A model generated the notes under the pieces. It searched no databases, had not been told where the DNA came from, and saw only the letters and a list, made by a program, of their open reading frames with translations. A stretch of DNA of 64,000 nucleotides from Flavobacteriales bacterium (lineage in GTDB: Bacteria; Bacteroidota; Bacteroidia; Flavobacteriales; TMED113): positions 35,482 through 99,481 of the forward strand of contig PBKX01000004.1 of assembly GCA_002722215.1 (NCBI GenBank), in the 5' to 3' direction. Shown here in pieces: positions 10,150 to 20,009 of this stretch (positions are counted from its first letter, which is position 1; the number at the start of each line of letters is the position of its first letter). A program made the position numbers and the translations under genes.

Positions 10150-11589
10150 ATGAAAAAGACAATATTAAGTGAAGGTATAACTAAAAATTTTTTAACATTT
10201 TTACCTATCATAAGCTTAATTTCTATGTTATTGATAAACTTAATAACATTTGAAAACACTATGTCTGGACCAAATCAAATTGCTTTATTAATTTCTGCAG
10301 GAATTGGATGCATAATTGCATACAATAGAGGAGAAAGTATTAAAAAAATACTTCATGGCATGATTGACAGTGTACATTCATCAAGTAATGCGATTATTAT
10401 TCTTTTAATTATAGGTGGACTAACTTCATCTTGGATATTATCAGGTATTGTGCCTGCAATGATTTATTATGGTATAGAATTAATTAACCCTAAATACTTT
10501 CTTTTAACAACTTGTATTATATGTGCAATAGTATCAATTTCAACAGGTAGTTCTTGGACAACAGCCGCTACAATTGGGATTGCATTAATCAGCATTAGTG
10601 AGTTATTAGGTATTCCAAAAGGCTTAGTTGCTGGCGCTATTATATCAGGTGCTTATTTTGGGGATAAAATGTCTCCTTTATCTGAAACAACAAATCTTGC
10701 ACCTTCGGTGTCTGGGAGTAATTTAATTGAGCACATTAAATACATGACTCATACAACGATACCAACAATTTTTATCACATTAATACTGTTTTTTTTAATT
10801 GGATTAAACAGTAAGCAACAAAGTGTTTCATTTGATGAAATGAATATGTTTTTAGAGGCAATAAAATCCAAGTTTTACATTGGCATAGAATTATTTATTT
10901 TACCCCTAATTGTCATAGCTTTGATATATAATCGAGTGTCTGCACAAAAAACGTTATTAATTGGAATGATGAGCGGTTTAGTAATTGCCTATTTGCTTCA
11001 AAAAGAATTAATTCAAGAAATTAATTTATATACAGATTCAAATACATTTATAACTCTAGCAAAAACTATTTTAACAGGAACAAATATTCAAATTGAACAT
11101 GAAGCGGTGAATAATTTGCTCTCAAAACATGGTGTTTTTGGTATGCTATGGATTATTCTTCTAGTAATTACAGCTATGGTATTTGGCGGAGTTATGCATA
11201 AAGGTGGTTTTTTAAAAGAAATAACAAGTTTAATTTTATCAAAAGCATCATCACATATTCAAATCATCCAATCCACAGCAGGAGCTTGTTTGTTTTTTAA
11301 TATCACCGCTTGTGATCAATACTTAGCTATCGTAATACCAGGAAGAATGTTTAAAGAAATTTATCCAGAACATAATCTGCACCCAACGAATTTAAGTAGA
11401 ACTATAGAGGATGCAGGCACCGTAACATCTGTTTTGGTTCCATGGAATTCTTGTGCTGCCTATCACGCCGAGATACTTAGCATTAATCCTGTAGCATATC
11501 TTCCATATTGTTTTTTTAACATTATTTCTCCATTTATGACCTTGGCTTTTGCTTATTTTAATATCCGAATAAAGAAAAATGAAAAATAA
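10150..11589 (+). CDS. nhaC: Na+/H+ antiporter, NhaC family
   Basis: 479-aa polytopic membrane protein with NhaC-type blocks (GSSWTTAATIGIAL, YFGDKMSPLSETTNLA, VPWNSCAAYH). Confidence 0.85.
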   Translation: MKKTILSEGITKNFLTFLPIISLISMLLINLITFENTMSGPNQIALLISAGIGCIIAYNRGESIKKILHGMIDSVHSSSNAIIILLIIGGLTSSWILSGIVPAMIYYGIELINPKYFLLTTCIICAIVSISTGSSWTTAATIGIALISISELLGIPKGLVAGAIISGAYFGDKMSPLSETTNLAPSVSGSNLIEHIKYMTHTTIPTIFITLILFFLIGLNSKQQSVSFDEMNMFLEAIKSKFYIGIELFILPLIVIALIYNRVSAQKTLLIGMMSGLVIAYLLQKELIQEINLYTDSNTFITLAKTILTGTNIQIEHEAVNNLLSKHGVFGMLWIILLVITAMVFGGVMHKGGFLKEITSLILSKASSHIQIIQSTAGACLFFNITACDQYLAIVIPGRMFKEIYPEHNLHPTNLSRTIEDAGTVTSVLVPWNSCAAYHAEILSINPVAYLPYCFFNIISPFMTLAFAYFNIRIKKNEK

Positions 11590-11731
11590 ACGCTTTAATT
11601 ATAATCCCAGATATGATAAGGATAACCGATCTTACTTTAAAAAACCCAAAAACAAGAATAAATTTAATTTAAGAATAGGAATGATATTAATAATATTAAT
11701 TTTGTTAGTATACATTTTAATTAATTATTGA
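11579..11731 (+). CDS. unannotated 50-aa small membrane protein (candidate)
   Basis: ATG at 11579, TGA at 11729..11731. Product: MKNKRFNYNPRYDKDNRSYFKKPKNKNKFNLRIGMILIILILLVYILINY, with a basic N-terminus and one C-terminal TM helix. Its start overlaps the nhaC 3' end and its stop overlaps the mutL TTG start. Below the ORF-track length cutoff. Confidence 0.35.
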   Translation: MKNKRFNYNPRYDKDNRSYFKKPKNKNKFNLRIGMILIILILLVYILINY

Positions 11732-13482
11732 AGTTGAAAAACACTATTAATATATTATCCAAAGAAGTTATTAATCAAATTGCAGCAGGGGAAGTAATTC
11801 AAAGGCCTGCTTCGATTATAAAAGAGCTTGTGGAAAATGCAATTGATGCACAAGCTGAAAATATCACAATTCTTATTAAAAATGGGGGAAAATCTCTTGT
11901 CCAAATTATTGATGATGGAGTTGGCATGAATGCAAAAGATGCTAAAATTTGCTTTGAAAAACATACTACCTCAAAAATAAAAACGACTTCTGATATTATG
12001 GAGATTTCTACCATGGGTTTTAGAGGTGAAGCATTAGCGTCAATAGCATCAATATCAGAAGTGGAGTTAAAAACGAAAACTAATCAAGACGAAATAGGGA
12101 CAATGATTATTATTGATAATTCGAAAATTCGAAAAAATCAAAAAATTGCCACATCAAAAGGCACTTCAATATCCGTTAAAAATCTATTTTTTAACATTCC
12201 TGCAAGAAAGAATTTCCTAAAATCAGACAAAGTGGAAATGAAGCATATATTAGAAACTTTTATTAAACTAGCAATTTCAAATCATGATATTAAATTTAAG
12301 TTGATGAATAATAATCAAATTATTTATAATTTATCAAAAAGTAATCTCAAAAAACGAATTATTCAATTATTTGGAAAAAAGTATAATGAAAAAATCTTAC
12401 CCTTAAAAGAACACACAAGTATTGTGTCTATTTCTGGATTTATAGGCAATCCATTAGATGCAAAAAAAACAAGAGGAGAACAGTTTTTATATGTAAATAA
12501 TCGATTTATTAAATCCCAATATCTAAATCATGCTGTTAAAAATGCGATGCATAACATAATTAGGCCTGATCAACACCCATCATATTTTATTTTCCTTACT
12601 GTTCCAACTGAATCAATAGATATTAATATCCATCCAAATAAAACAGAAATCAAGTTTCAAGATGAGCAATCGATTTACCAAATACTAAAATCTACATGCA
12701 AGAAGGCTATTGGGATCGCCAATATTATACCTAGCCTTGATTTTACAATAGAAGAAGCTTTTGAAGTCCCGGCACATATACAAAAAAGTATTCCAAAAGA
12801 GCCTAAATTGACTATCAACAAACAATTTAATCCTTTTGAGAGAAGTTCTCAGATAAATGAAAATAACCAGCTATTTAAAAAACTATTCCAAGAAGATGAA
12901 TCAAAACATATCATTGAAAACATCATGCATATAGATGAGAATTATGCGCTATTTACTATTCTTATAAAGAACGAACGCATTCTACATTTAATAGAAAAAA
13001 GAAAAGCTCTACAGCGAATTATTTATGAACAAATAGAGGAAAAACTAAATAAGCAAACAGTATTAACACAAATGTTAATAAATCCATATAACATAGAAGT
13101 AAACACATTAGATATGGAGTTGCTAAAAGAAAATATAGGAATATTAAATAATTTAGGTTATAAGATTAACTTCATATCAAAAACATCTTTAGAGATAATT
13201 GGGATACCAACAAAAACCGAAAATTATAATCTAAAAGATTTATTCGAAGATTTCTTAGAAGAATTGAAAAATAAAAATACTAATATTAATAATAAGTTAA
13301 TCAGTAAAATAGCCACGCAAATTGCATACCAAAATTCTAAAACATCTGATATTTTCAATATCCATAATAAAGAAAGTTTAAAAAATATCATCAATAGTTT
13401 ATTAAACTGCAAAACACCATTTATAGGAATTAATGGAAAACCATGTGTAATTAATATCGAACCCAATACTTTTTTTGATTAA
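11728..13482 (+). CDS. mutL: DNA mismatch repair protein MutL
   Basis: GHKL ATPase motifs (AAGEVIQRPASIIKELVENAIDA, DDGVGM, GFRGEAL) and a C-terminal dimerisation region. TTG start. Confidence 0.9.
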   Translation: MKLKNTINILSKEVINQIAAGEVIQRPASIIKELVENAIDAQAENITILIKNGGKSLVQIIDDGVGMNAKDAKICFEKHTTSKIKTTSDIMEISTMGFRGEALASIASISEVELKTKTNQDEIGTMIIIDNSKIRKNQKIATSKGTSISVKNLFFNIPARKNFLKSDKVEMKHILETFIKLAISNHDIKFKLMNNNQIIYNLSKSNLKKRIIQLFGKKYNEKILPLKEHTSIVSISGFIGNPLDAKKTRGEQFLYVNNRFIKSQYLNHAVKNAMHNIIRPDQHPSYFIFLTVPTESIDINIHPNKTEIKFQDEQSIYQILKSTCKKAIGIANIIPSLDFTIEEAFEVPAHIQKSIPKEPKLTINKQFNPFERSSQINENNQLFKKLFQEDESKHIIENIMHIDENYALFTILIKNERILHLIEKRKALQRIIYEQIEEKLNKQTVLTQMLINPYNIEVNTLDMELLKENIGILNNLGYKINFISKTSLEIIGIPTKTENYNLKDLFEDFLEELKNKNTNINNKLISKIATQIAYQNSKTSDIFNIHNKESLKNIINSLLNCKTPFIGINGKPCVINIEPNTFFD

Positions 13483-14224
13483 TATGAACCATTTTCGAGC
13501 TCAAAGATTCAACATACTTCCTACAATAGTAAAAAATCTTCTTATTATAAATTGTTTATTATTTTTAGCTAAAATCACACTTATCAACAAAGGCGTTATT
13601 TTAGACCATATACTAGGTCTACATTATTGGAAATCAAGTTATTTTGAAACATGGCAAATTATATCACACATGTTTATGCATGGTGATATAATGCATTTAT
13701 TTTTCAACATGTTTGCAGTTTGGATGTTTGGCACACAATTAGAAAATCTATGGGGATCAAAAAGGTTTTTAAATTATTATCTCCTAACTGGATTAGGTGC
13801 TGCTTTCTTACATTTTTTAATTATTCATTTTCAAATACTGAGTCTTGAATCAGTAATGAATGACTCTAATATAAACAATGTAACAGAAAAAGGATATCTA
13901 ATTTTAAATGAAGGTAAAAATTACATTAATCGAAATATGGGGCATTTAAATCTACTTTATAATACACCTGTAGTAGGTGCATCGGGTGCTTTATTTGGAT
14001 TATTAATGGCATTTGGCATACTCTTCCCAAATACTATGATGTTTTTTTTATTTATTCCCTTCCCAATTAAAGCTAAATACTTTGTTCTTATATATGGTTT
14101 AGCAGAATTGTATTATGGAATTCAAAATAATCCAAATGACAATATTGCTCATTTTGCCCATTTAGGAGGAATGATATTTGGATTTTTAATAATTAAATAC
14201 TGGTCATGGAAAAATAAATACTAA
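13475..14224 (+). CDS. rhomboid family intramembrane serine protease
   Basis: HGDIMHLFFNMFAVWMFG, catalytic GASGALFG and AHLGG motifs across 6 TM helices. Confidence 0.8.
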   Translation: MINMNHFRAQRFNILPTIVKNLLIINCLLFLAKITLINKGVILDHILGLHYWKSSYFETWQIISHMFMHGDIMHLFFNMFAVWMFGTQLENLWGSKRFLNYYLLTGLGAAFLHFLIIHFQILSLESVMNDSNINNVTEKGYLILNEGKNYINRNMGHLNLLYNTPVVGASGALFGLLMAFGILFPNTMMFFLFIPFPIKAKYFVLIYGLAELYYGIQNNPNDNIAHFAHLGGMIFGFLIIKYWSWKNKY

Positions 14225-14227
14225 ACC

Positions 14228-15064
14228 ATGGATATATTTAAAAAAATTAACAACCACCACTTAACAAATATTATTTATGCGAATATCATCGTATTTATAA
14301 TAATCAACATATACTATATTATCTGTTTTTTATTTAAAAAAGATGCTAACATAATAGCCTATTTAGGTGTTTCATCAGATTTAAATATATTTATGTCAAA
14401 ACCGTGGACTATGTTTACCTACATGTTTGTCCATGAAGACTTATTTCACTTATTAATTAATCTATGTTGGTTATATTTTGGAGGCAATATTTTTACAAAG
14501 TATTTGAGTAACAAAGAGTTAGTTTCAACATATATTATGGGAGGAATAATGGGTGCTTTAGTATATATTATATCCTTTAATGTATTTCCAGTATTTGAAG
14601 ATATAAAAATGAGTTCAGTAGCAATAGGATCATCAGCATCTGTATTAGCGATCCTATTTGCAGCAACAACACATATTCCAAATTTTCCAATCAATATAAT
14701 TCTAATAAATAGAATAAAATTAAAACATATAGCTATAATGGCAATCTTAATCGACATACTGAGTATTCCAAATGGTAATGCAGGTGGACACCTAGCACAC
14801 CTTGGCGGCGCATTATATGGATTTCTCTATATTTTTTTTAAAAAGAGAAATATTAACACTAATTATATGGTAGATAAAATTATCTATTCTTTTCAGAAAA
14901 ATGATCCCGTTTTTTCATATTCTAAAAAAGAAAATGATTATGAATATAATAGCAGAAAAAATGAGGAACAAAAAAAAACAAATAAAATATTAGATAAAAT
15001 CTCAAAGTCAGGTTATAATAGTTTATCCAAAGAGGAAAAAGAATTCTTATTTAATCAGAAGTAA
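14228..15064 (+). CDS. rhomboid family protein with charged C-terminal tail
   Basis: HEDLFHLLINLCWLYFGG, IGSSASVLAIL and AHLGGALYG motifs. Has a ~70-aa hydrophilic tail (..KILDKISKSGYNSLSKEEKEFL..). Confidence 0.75.
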   Translation: MDIFKKINNHHLTNIIYANIIVFIIINIYYIICFLFKKDANIIAYLGVSSDLNIFMSKPWTMFTYMFVHEDLFHLLINLCWLYFGGNIFTKYLSNKELVSTYIMGGIMGALVYIISFNVFPVFEDIKMSSVAIGSSASVLAILFAATTHIPNFPINIILINRIKLKHIAIMAILIDILSIPNGNAGGHLAHLGGALYGFLYIFFKKRNINTNYMVDKIIYSFQKNDPVFSYSKKENDYEYNSRKNEEQKKTNKILDKISKSGYNSLSKEEKEFLFNQK

Positions 15065-16655
15065 GTTGTTTTTTTACTTTTTTTAAGCATAATGTATTCA
15101 TGCCATTTATCGACATACCAGTAATTTTGTTGGAAACCAAGCGAACTACATAATCATAATATAAGGGCACTATAGTCGACTCATTCATAATAATAGTCTC
15201 CATTTCAGCAAATAAACGATTTCTCTTTAGAGTATTATTGACGTGAAATGAAGATTCGTATAAACTGTCATATGCGGCATTAGAAAAATGAGTGTAATTT
15301 GGACCAAAAGGGCTCTTGTTCTTAGAATAAAATAAGGAAAGAAAATTCTCAGGATCTGGATAATCAGCGATCCAAGATGCTCTAAAAAAATTAGCTAATC
15401 CAGAAGAAAAAAGATCACGATGTATTGGTGGAGATGAAATTTCAATACTTATATTGATCCCGAATTTAGACGCACTATATTGAATAAATTCGCAAATATC
15501 GAGATAATCCCTGGTAGTATATAAAGTAACTGTTTGGCTCTTATTAGGGATGTTTTTTAATAAACTATATACGGAATCAGGACTATAAAAAAAACCATTA
15601 ACCACATAATCACTAGAGAGAAAACTTGGCACAAATCCTTTATTTGCTGGTAATACCAATCCATTACGAAGATGCTGTACCATAACTAATCTATCAAAAC
15701 TATAGTTTAATGCTTTTCGGAAATCTTGCAAGGCAAGTAAACTAGAATCTTTTTTAGCTTGTTTTATATTGATTCCAAGATATTCAGTATTTAAATATGG
15801 ATTAGACATAATATGAAAACGCCCTTTATACTCATCCATCAACTGTCCATTTTCTGTTAGAAATTCATCCTTGAAACTATTATCCAAACCAGAAACAAAA
15901 TCAAATTTATCTAAAATAAAATTCATAAAAACAGATTCTTTTTGAGTGACAAAAGAAATAGAGACACCATCCAAATAAGGAAGCCTAAGATTATTTTCAT
16001 ATTCAAAATAATTAACGTTTTTAGTGAAAATTAATTTTTCATTTTGTTGCCAGTATTTAAATTGGAATGGCCCTGTTCCAACTGGATTTTTAGAAAAAGA
16101 ATCGCCAAAAAAACCAATTGCTTCGTGAGGAACAAAAGAAAAATAATTCATAGACAATAAACCTAAAAGAGCTGGAAATGGTTGTTTTAAGTTGATCCTC
16201 AACAGCGTGTCATTAATCGCATGTGTTTTATTAATATCTATATAGTCCATAGCCCAAGAACCTGGTGAGATAAGAGTTGAATCCATGAGTCTTGAAACAC
16301 TATATATAAAATCAGATGCGACTAATAATCGAGTTGAATCCGCTCCAAAACAAGGTGATTTATGATAATAGATACTATCATGTAAAACAAAAGTATAGGA
16401 TAATCCATCATCTGAGACTATCCATCTTTTAGCAATGGATGGCCGAACAATTAAGTTACTATCTAGCTGTGTTAAGGTGTTAAAAATTTGATTAACTGCC
16501 CATATATTAGCTTGATTATTAGCAAAAATCGGATCTAATGAAGTAATAGACGATGTTTCATTGTAACAAAAAATATTTTGATTCAAGTCTTTATCACTGT
16601 TACAAGCAATAAGTAAGAAATAAATTATCAAAATAAATTTAGGAAAATAGCACAT
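15051..16655 (-). CDS. ABC-transporter-type substrate-binding lipoprotein (family 5, peptide/nickel type)
   Basis: 534 aa with a lipoprotein-like signal (FLLIAC|NSD). The overall SBP_bac_5-like pattern includes ...VSDDGLSYTFVL... and GTGPFQF. No permease or ATPase gene is adjacent. Confidence 0.75.
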   Translation of the reverse strand: MCYFPKFILIIYFLLIACNSDKDLNQNIFCYNETSSITSLDPIFANNQANIWAVNQIFNTLTQLDSNLIVRPSIAKRWIVSDDGLSYTFVLHDSIYYHKSPCFGADSTRLLVASDFIYSVSRLMDSTLISPGSWAMDYIDINKTHAINDTLLRINLKQPFPALLGLLSMNYFSFVPHEAIGFFGDSFSKNPVGTGPFQFKYWQQNEKLIFTKNVNYFEYENNLRLPYLDGVSISFVTQKESVFMNFILDKFDFVSGLDNSFKDEFLTENGQLMDEYKGRFHIMSNPYLNTEYLGINIKQAKKDSSLLALQDFRKALNYSFDRLVMVQHLRNGLVLPANKGFVPSFLSSDYVVNGFFYSPDSVYSLLKNIPNKSQTVTLYTTRDYLDICEFIQYSASKFGINISIEISSPPIHRDLFSSGLANFFRASWIADYPDPENFLSLFYSKNKSPFGPNYTHFSNAAYDSLYESSFHVNNTLKRNRLFAEMETIIMNESTIVPLYYDYVVRLVSNKITGMSINGMNTLCLKKVKKQLTSD

Positions 16656-16681
16656 ACTTAATGCTAAATATAAAAAATAAT

Positions 16682-16689
16682 TATCTTTG
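16682..16689 (+). promoter_or_regulatory. candidate Bacteroidota -7 promoter box (TATCTTTG) for the tRNA gene
   Basis: Matches TAnnTTTG and lies 18 nt upstream of the tRNA 5' end. Confidence 0.4.
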
Positions 16690-16706
16690 TTTCCCTAACT
16701 TAAAAT

Positions 16707-16780
16707 GGCGAGGTAGCTCAGTTGGTTAGAGCGCAGGATTCATAACCCTGAGGTCGGGAGTTCAAATCTCCCCCTCGCTA
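16707..16780 (+). tRNA. tRNA with CAU anticodon (elongator Met, or Ile2 if lysidine-modified)
   Basis: Hand-folded cloverleaf. Acceptor GGCGAGG/CCTCGCT (G1-U72), D arm GCTC-AGTTGGTTA-GAGC and anticodon arm CAGGA-TTCATAA-CCCTG with one A-C mismatch. The T arm is GGGAG-TTCAAAT-CTCCC, the discriminator is A, and no CCA is encoded. C11-G24 argues against an initiator. Confidence 0.85.
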
Positions 16781-16793
16781 CTAAAATACATAT

Positions 16794-18191
16794 TTACTTA
16801 TTTATTAATTGCAACAAATCTTCAAACAGAGTTTCATCACTTGGTCTTTTGGCATTTTCATTGATTATATTACCTTGCTTATCTATCAAAATATATCTAG
16901 GAATACTAGAAACGCCAAAATAAGCACTTGCACTATTTAATTTGTTTGATGGTGAAATAAATTGATTGCCATCAAGATTTAATTTATCTAAACTTTCTTT
17001 CCATTTAGTATAATCTGTATCAATCGATATATATAAAAATTCTATCTTTTTCAATTGACGTTTAGAAAACTTCTTTTTTAGATCTCTCGCATATGGGAAT
17101 TGCTTCCTACATGGGCCACACCAACTAGCCCAAATATCTACATATAATATTCTACCTCTAAAATCACTTAATTGCACTTGATTACCATCTACATCTTCCA
17201 AATGGAATTGTGTTTCTAGTAAATCCAATTCAATATTGGAATTTGCTTTTTTATCAAATGAATCATATGCGCCTACTAGAATGCGAATTTCTGATTTTTT
17301 TAAACCATTATGAGTCAAAATATTTTCTAAATATTTAATTGTATTTTCATCTAAAAAACTTGAAAAGTGATTGATATAATTTTGAAAAAAATAAGATAAT
17401 AATGCATCGGGCACATGATCTATTACAAAATTAAAAAGATATCTGTTAAAATCTTTAAATTTTTCAGAGTGTAAGTAGCCATAATTATGTATTGCAAATA
17501 ATAACACTGTATGAAAGATATAATTTTGAAAGGCACCTAATTCATAGAAAGAATCATCCAGTATATTTTTTTGAAACATATCCCAGTCTAATAGATTAAT
17601 ATTCACATCTATATAAAAAGGCAAGGGTTGACGAATATCCTGATTTTGATTTATTAAATAGAGGCTCAAACCACTAAGATACTCATATTTTAATAGGCTA
17701 TTAAAATATGTTTTTACATCCATGTCAAATGAATTAAAAAATTCGTGATTTTGATAAAATGAAAAAATTTCATCATTAAATAAATTATATAATAAAATTT
17801 CAAATTGATCAGAATCATAATCGTCATCTAAAAGAGCCTTGATCTTTGTATGGTGTATAGTGTAATAGTCATTTAAAAAATAGACGAATTTAGAATAATC
17901 ACCCACTATTAGAAAATCATTGTTTGCTAATAAAGAACACTCAAGAGAAGTTTCTTTTTTTAGAAACAGATAATATTTTTTATTGTCATTAGTTAAGTAA
18001 AATAAATTATTCTTAGACACATCAATTAACATACTTGTATCATTAGAAATAGTAATTGGTTCAGATAACAAATCCGAAGAATAAAAAGATACTTCATCAA
18101 CATGATTAAGAACAATATTTAAATTACACTGTTCTTGTGATAGAGATAAAAAAAAACCAAAGAAAGTAAAAAAGAAAAATATCTTTGACAT
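16794..18191 (-). CDS. TlpA/ResA-like thiol-disulfide oxidoreductase with a large unknown N-terminal domain
   Basis: Signal peptide (MSKIFFFFTFFGFFLSLS) and a C-terminal thioredoxin fold with WASWCGPCRKQFP. About 330 N-terminal residues have no motif I recognise. Confidence 0.7.
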   Translation of the reverse strand: MSKIFFFFTFFGFFLSLSQEQCNLNIVLNHVDEVSFYSSDLLSEPITISNDTSMLIDVSKNNLFYLTNDNKKYYLFLKKETSLECSLLANNDFLIVGDYSKFVYFLNDYYTIHHTKIKALLDDDYDSDQFEILLYNLFNDEIFSFYQNHEFFNSFDMDVKTYFNSLLKYEYLSGLSLYLINQNQDIRQPLPFYIDVNINLLDWDMFQKNILDDSFYELGAFQNYIFHTVLLFAIHNYGYLHSEKFKDFNRYLFNFVIDHVPDALLSYFFQNYINHFSSFLDENTIKYLENILTHNGLKKSEIRILVGAYDSFDKKANSNIELDLLETQFHLEDVDGNQVQLSDFRGRILYVDIWASWCGPCRKQFPYARDLKKKFSKRQLKKIEFLYISIDTDYTKWKESLDKLNLDGNQFISPSNKLNSASAYFGVSSIPRYILIDKQGNIINENAKRPSDETLFEDLLQLINK

Positions 18192-18247
18192 GTAACTAAA
18201 TTATTATATAATTTCCATATTATACAAATAAAATTGTGCTAAATTAA

Positions 18248-18649
18248 GTGTATATTACTAAAAATAATCAAAAGATGATAAAATACGAATTAGAATTTCC
18301 AATTAGATCTTCTGTCAAAATTCTATTCAATTGTCTAAGCACACCTAGTGGATTATCTGAGTGGTTTGCGGACGATGTGAACTGCAATCGAGATATCTAT
18401 ACTTTTATATGGGGAGAATCTGAGCAAGAAGCAAAATTAATTACACTATCAAGTAATTATTTCGTTAAATTTCGTTGGACTGATTTTCCAGAAAATACAT
18501 TCTTTGAATTTAGAATTGATGTTGATGAGATAACAAATAGTGTAACATTAAAAATTATAGATTTTGCTGATGATGATGAAGAGATGGAAGAAGGAAAAGC
18601 TTTATGGACAAGTCAAGTCAATACATTAATGAAAAATCTAGGTTCATAA
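18248..18649 (+). CDS. START-like/SRPBCC-fold small protein
   Basis: Resembles the conserved flavobacterial START-like domain protein (LSTPSGLSEWFADDV...). The likely true start is the ATG at 18275 (MIKYELEFPI...). Confidence 0.5.
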   Translation: MYITKNNQKMIKYELEFPIRSSVKILFNCLSTPSGLSEWFADDVNCNRDIYTFIWGESEQEAKLITLSSNYFVKFRWTDFPENTFFEFRIDVDEITNSVTLKIIDFADDDEEMEEGKALWTSQVNTLMKNLGS

Positions 18650-18668
18650 TTTTAATATAGGATTAGAC

Positions 18669-20009
18669 TTGAATATATTTAAAAAATTTATTTTTTCTGC
18701 TTTTATACGTCCGTTCTTTCTTACTTTTTCAATAGTCATAACCATTTTATTGATGCAATTTCTTTGGAAATATATTGATGATTTGATTGGGAAAGGATTA
18801 GAATGGAATATTATCATCGAATTACTATGGTACTCTAGCATCACTTTAATCCCCATTGCACTACCATTAGCTATTTTATTAGCATCAATGATGTTAACAG
18901 GTAGTCTATCAGAAAATTCTGAATTAACAGCAATAAATTCAATAGGAAAACCTTTCACATATATCATTAATCCCTTATTATTATTTAGTCTATTAATTAC
19001 ACTTAGTTCTTTTATGATATCCAATTATGCAATACCATATGCTAACTTAAAAGCAACCACGTTAATGTATGACATAATACAAAAAAAGTTAAATATTAAT
19101 ATTCAAGAGAAAGTGTTTTTTTCTGAAATTGAAGGATATAGCATAAGAGTAGATAAAAAATTATCTAATAATATGATGGAAAATATTATTTTATATGACT
19201 ATGTAGATAAAAAAGGAATTAAACAGGTATTTACTGCTAGAAATGGTAAAATGTCAATTACAGGTGATAATAAATTATTAATAATAAATCTATATAATGG
19301 AGAAAGTTATAACGAGGTGTTAAACGAAGAACAAGAGTATATTCTCAAAACAAAATTTGAACAATATAATCTAGCATTAGATTTATCTGCTTTTGAAATG
19401 GAAAGAAGTAACTCTGACAGATTTAGTAATAGAGCTAAAACAATGAATATGAATCAATTAAAAAAGCACGTTGATTCATTAAAAAGTGAGTATGGAGAAC
19501 TACAAAAATCACTACTTTCGAACTTTATACAAGAAACAAAATTTAATGCTAACAAATCTCACAATCTTGAGAAAAGATCAGATAACAACTTAAACAACGT
19601 GTACAAAGCAAAGAGTCATAATAAAATCAAAATTAATGAACAAATACAAGCGGTTCAAAACTATCAGAATAAAAGCAAAATCATCAAAAAAAAAATAAAT
19701 AAATTTCAAGTTGAACGACATAGAAAATTAACACTTCCACTAGCATGTATGATCATGTTATTAATTGGATCTCCTATTGGTGCCATCATTAAAAAGGGGG
19801 GATTTGGGTTACCGGTTGTATTTTCAATATTTCTATTTTTAATCTATCATATAATCTCTATTACAGGAGAAAAGATGGTTAAAAAAGATGTAATTGATCC
19901 ATTCATTGGAATGTGGACATCTACAATAATCATGTTCATGGTTGGAGTAGTATTACTCATTGTTGTAAATAATAATTATTTTGAAAAAATATGGCTAAAA
20001 AAATATTAA
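18669..20009 (+). CDS. LptF/LptG (YjgP/YjgQ) family permease
   Basis: Three N-terminal TM helices, a large periplasmic loop and a C-terminal TM bundle (ERHRKLTLPLACMIMLLIGSPIGAI..KGGFGLP). TTG start. Confidence 0.8.
   Translation: MNIFKKFIFSAFIRPFFLTFSIVITILLMQFLWKYIDDLIGKGLEWNIIIELLWYSSITLIPIALPLAILLASMMLTGSLSENSELTAINSIGKPFTYIINPLLLFSLLITLSSFMISNYAIPYANLKATTLMYDIIQKKLNINIQEKVFFSEIEGYSIRVDKKLSNNMMENIILYDYVDKKGIKQVFTARNGKMSITGDNKLLIINLYNGESYNEVLNEEQEYILKTKFEQYNLALDLSAFEMERSNSDRFSNRAKTMNMNQLKKHVDSLKSEYGELQKSLLSNFIQETKFNANKSHNLEKRSDNNLNNVYKAKSHNKIKINEQIQAVQNYQNKSKIIKKKINKFQVERHRKLTLPLACMIMLLIGSPIGAIIKKGGFGLPVVFSIFLFLIYHIISITGEKMVKKDVIDPFIGMWTSTIIMFMVGVVLLIVVNNNYFEKIWLKKY

Noticed and set aside
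18644-19024. 126-aa ORF antisense to the lptF/G-family gene
   Set aside because: It is a shadow ORF with no recognisable motif and is fully covered by a confident gene on the other strand.
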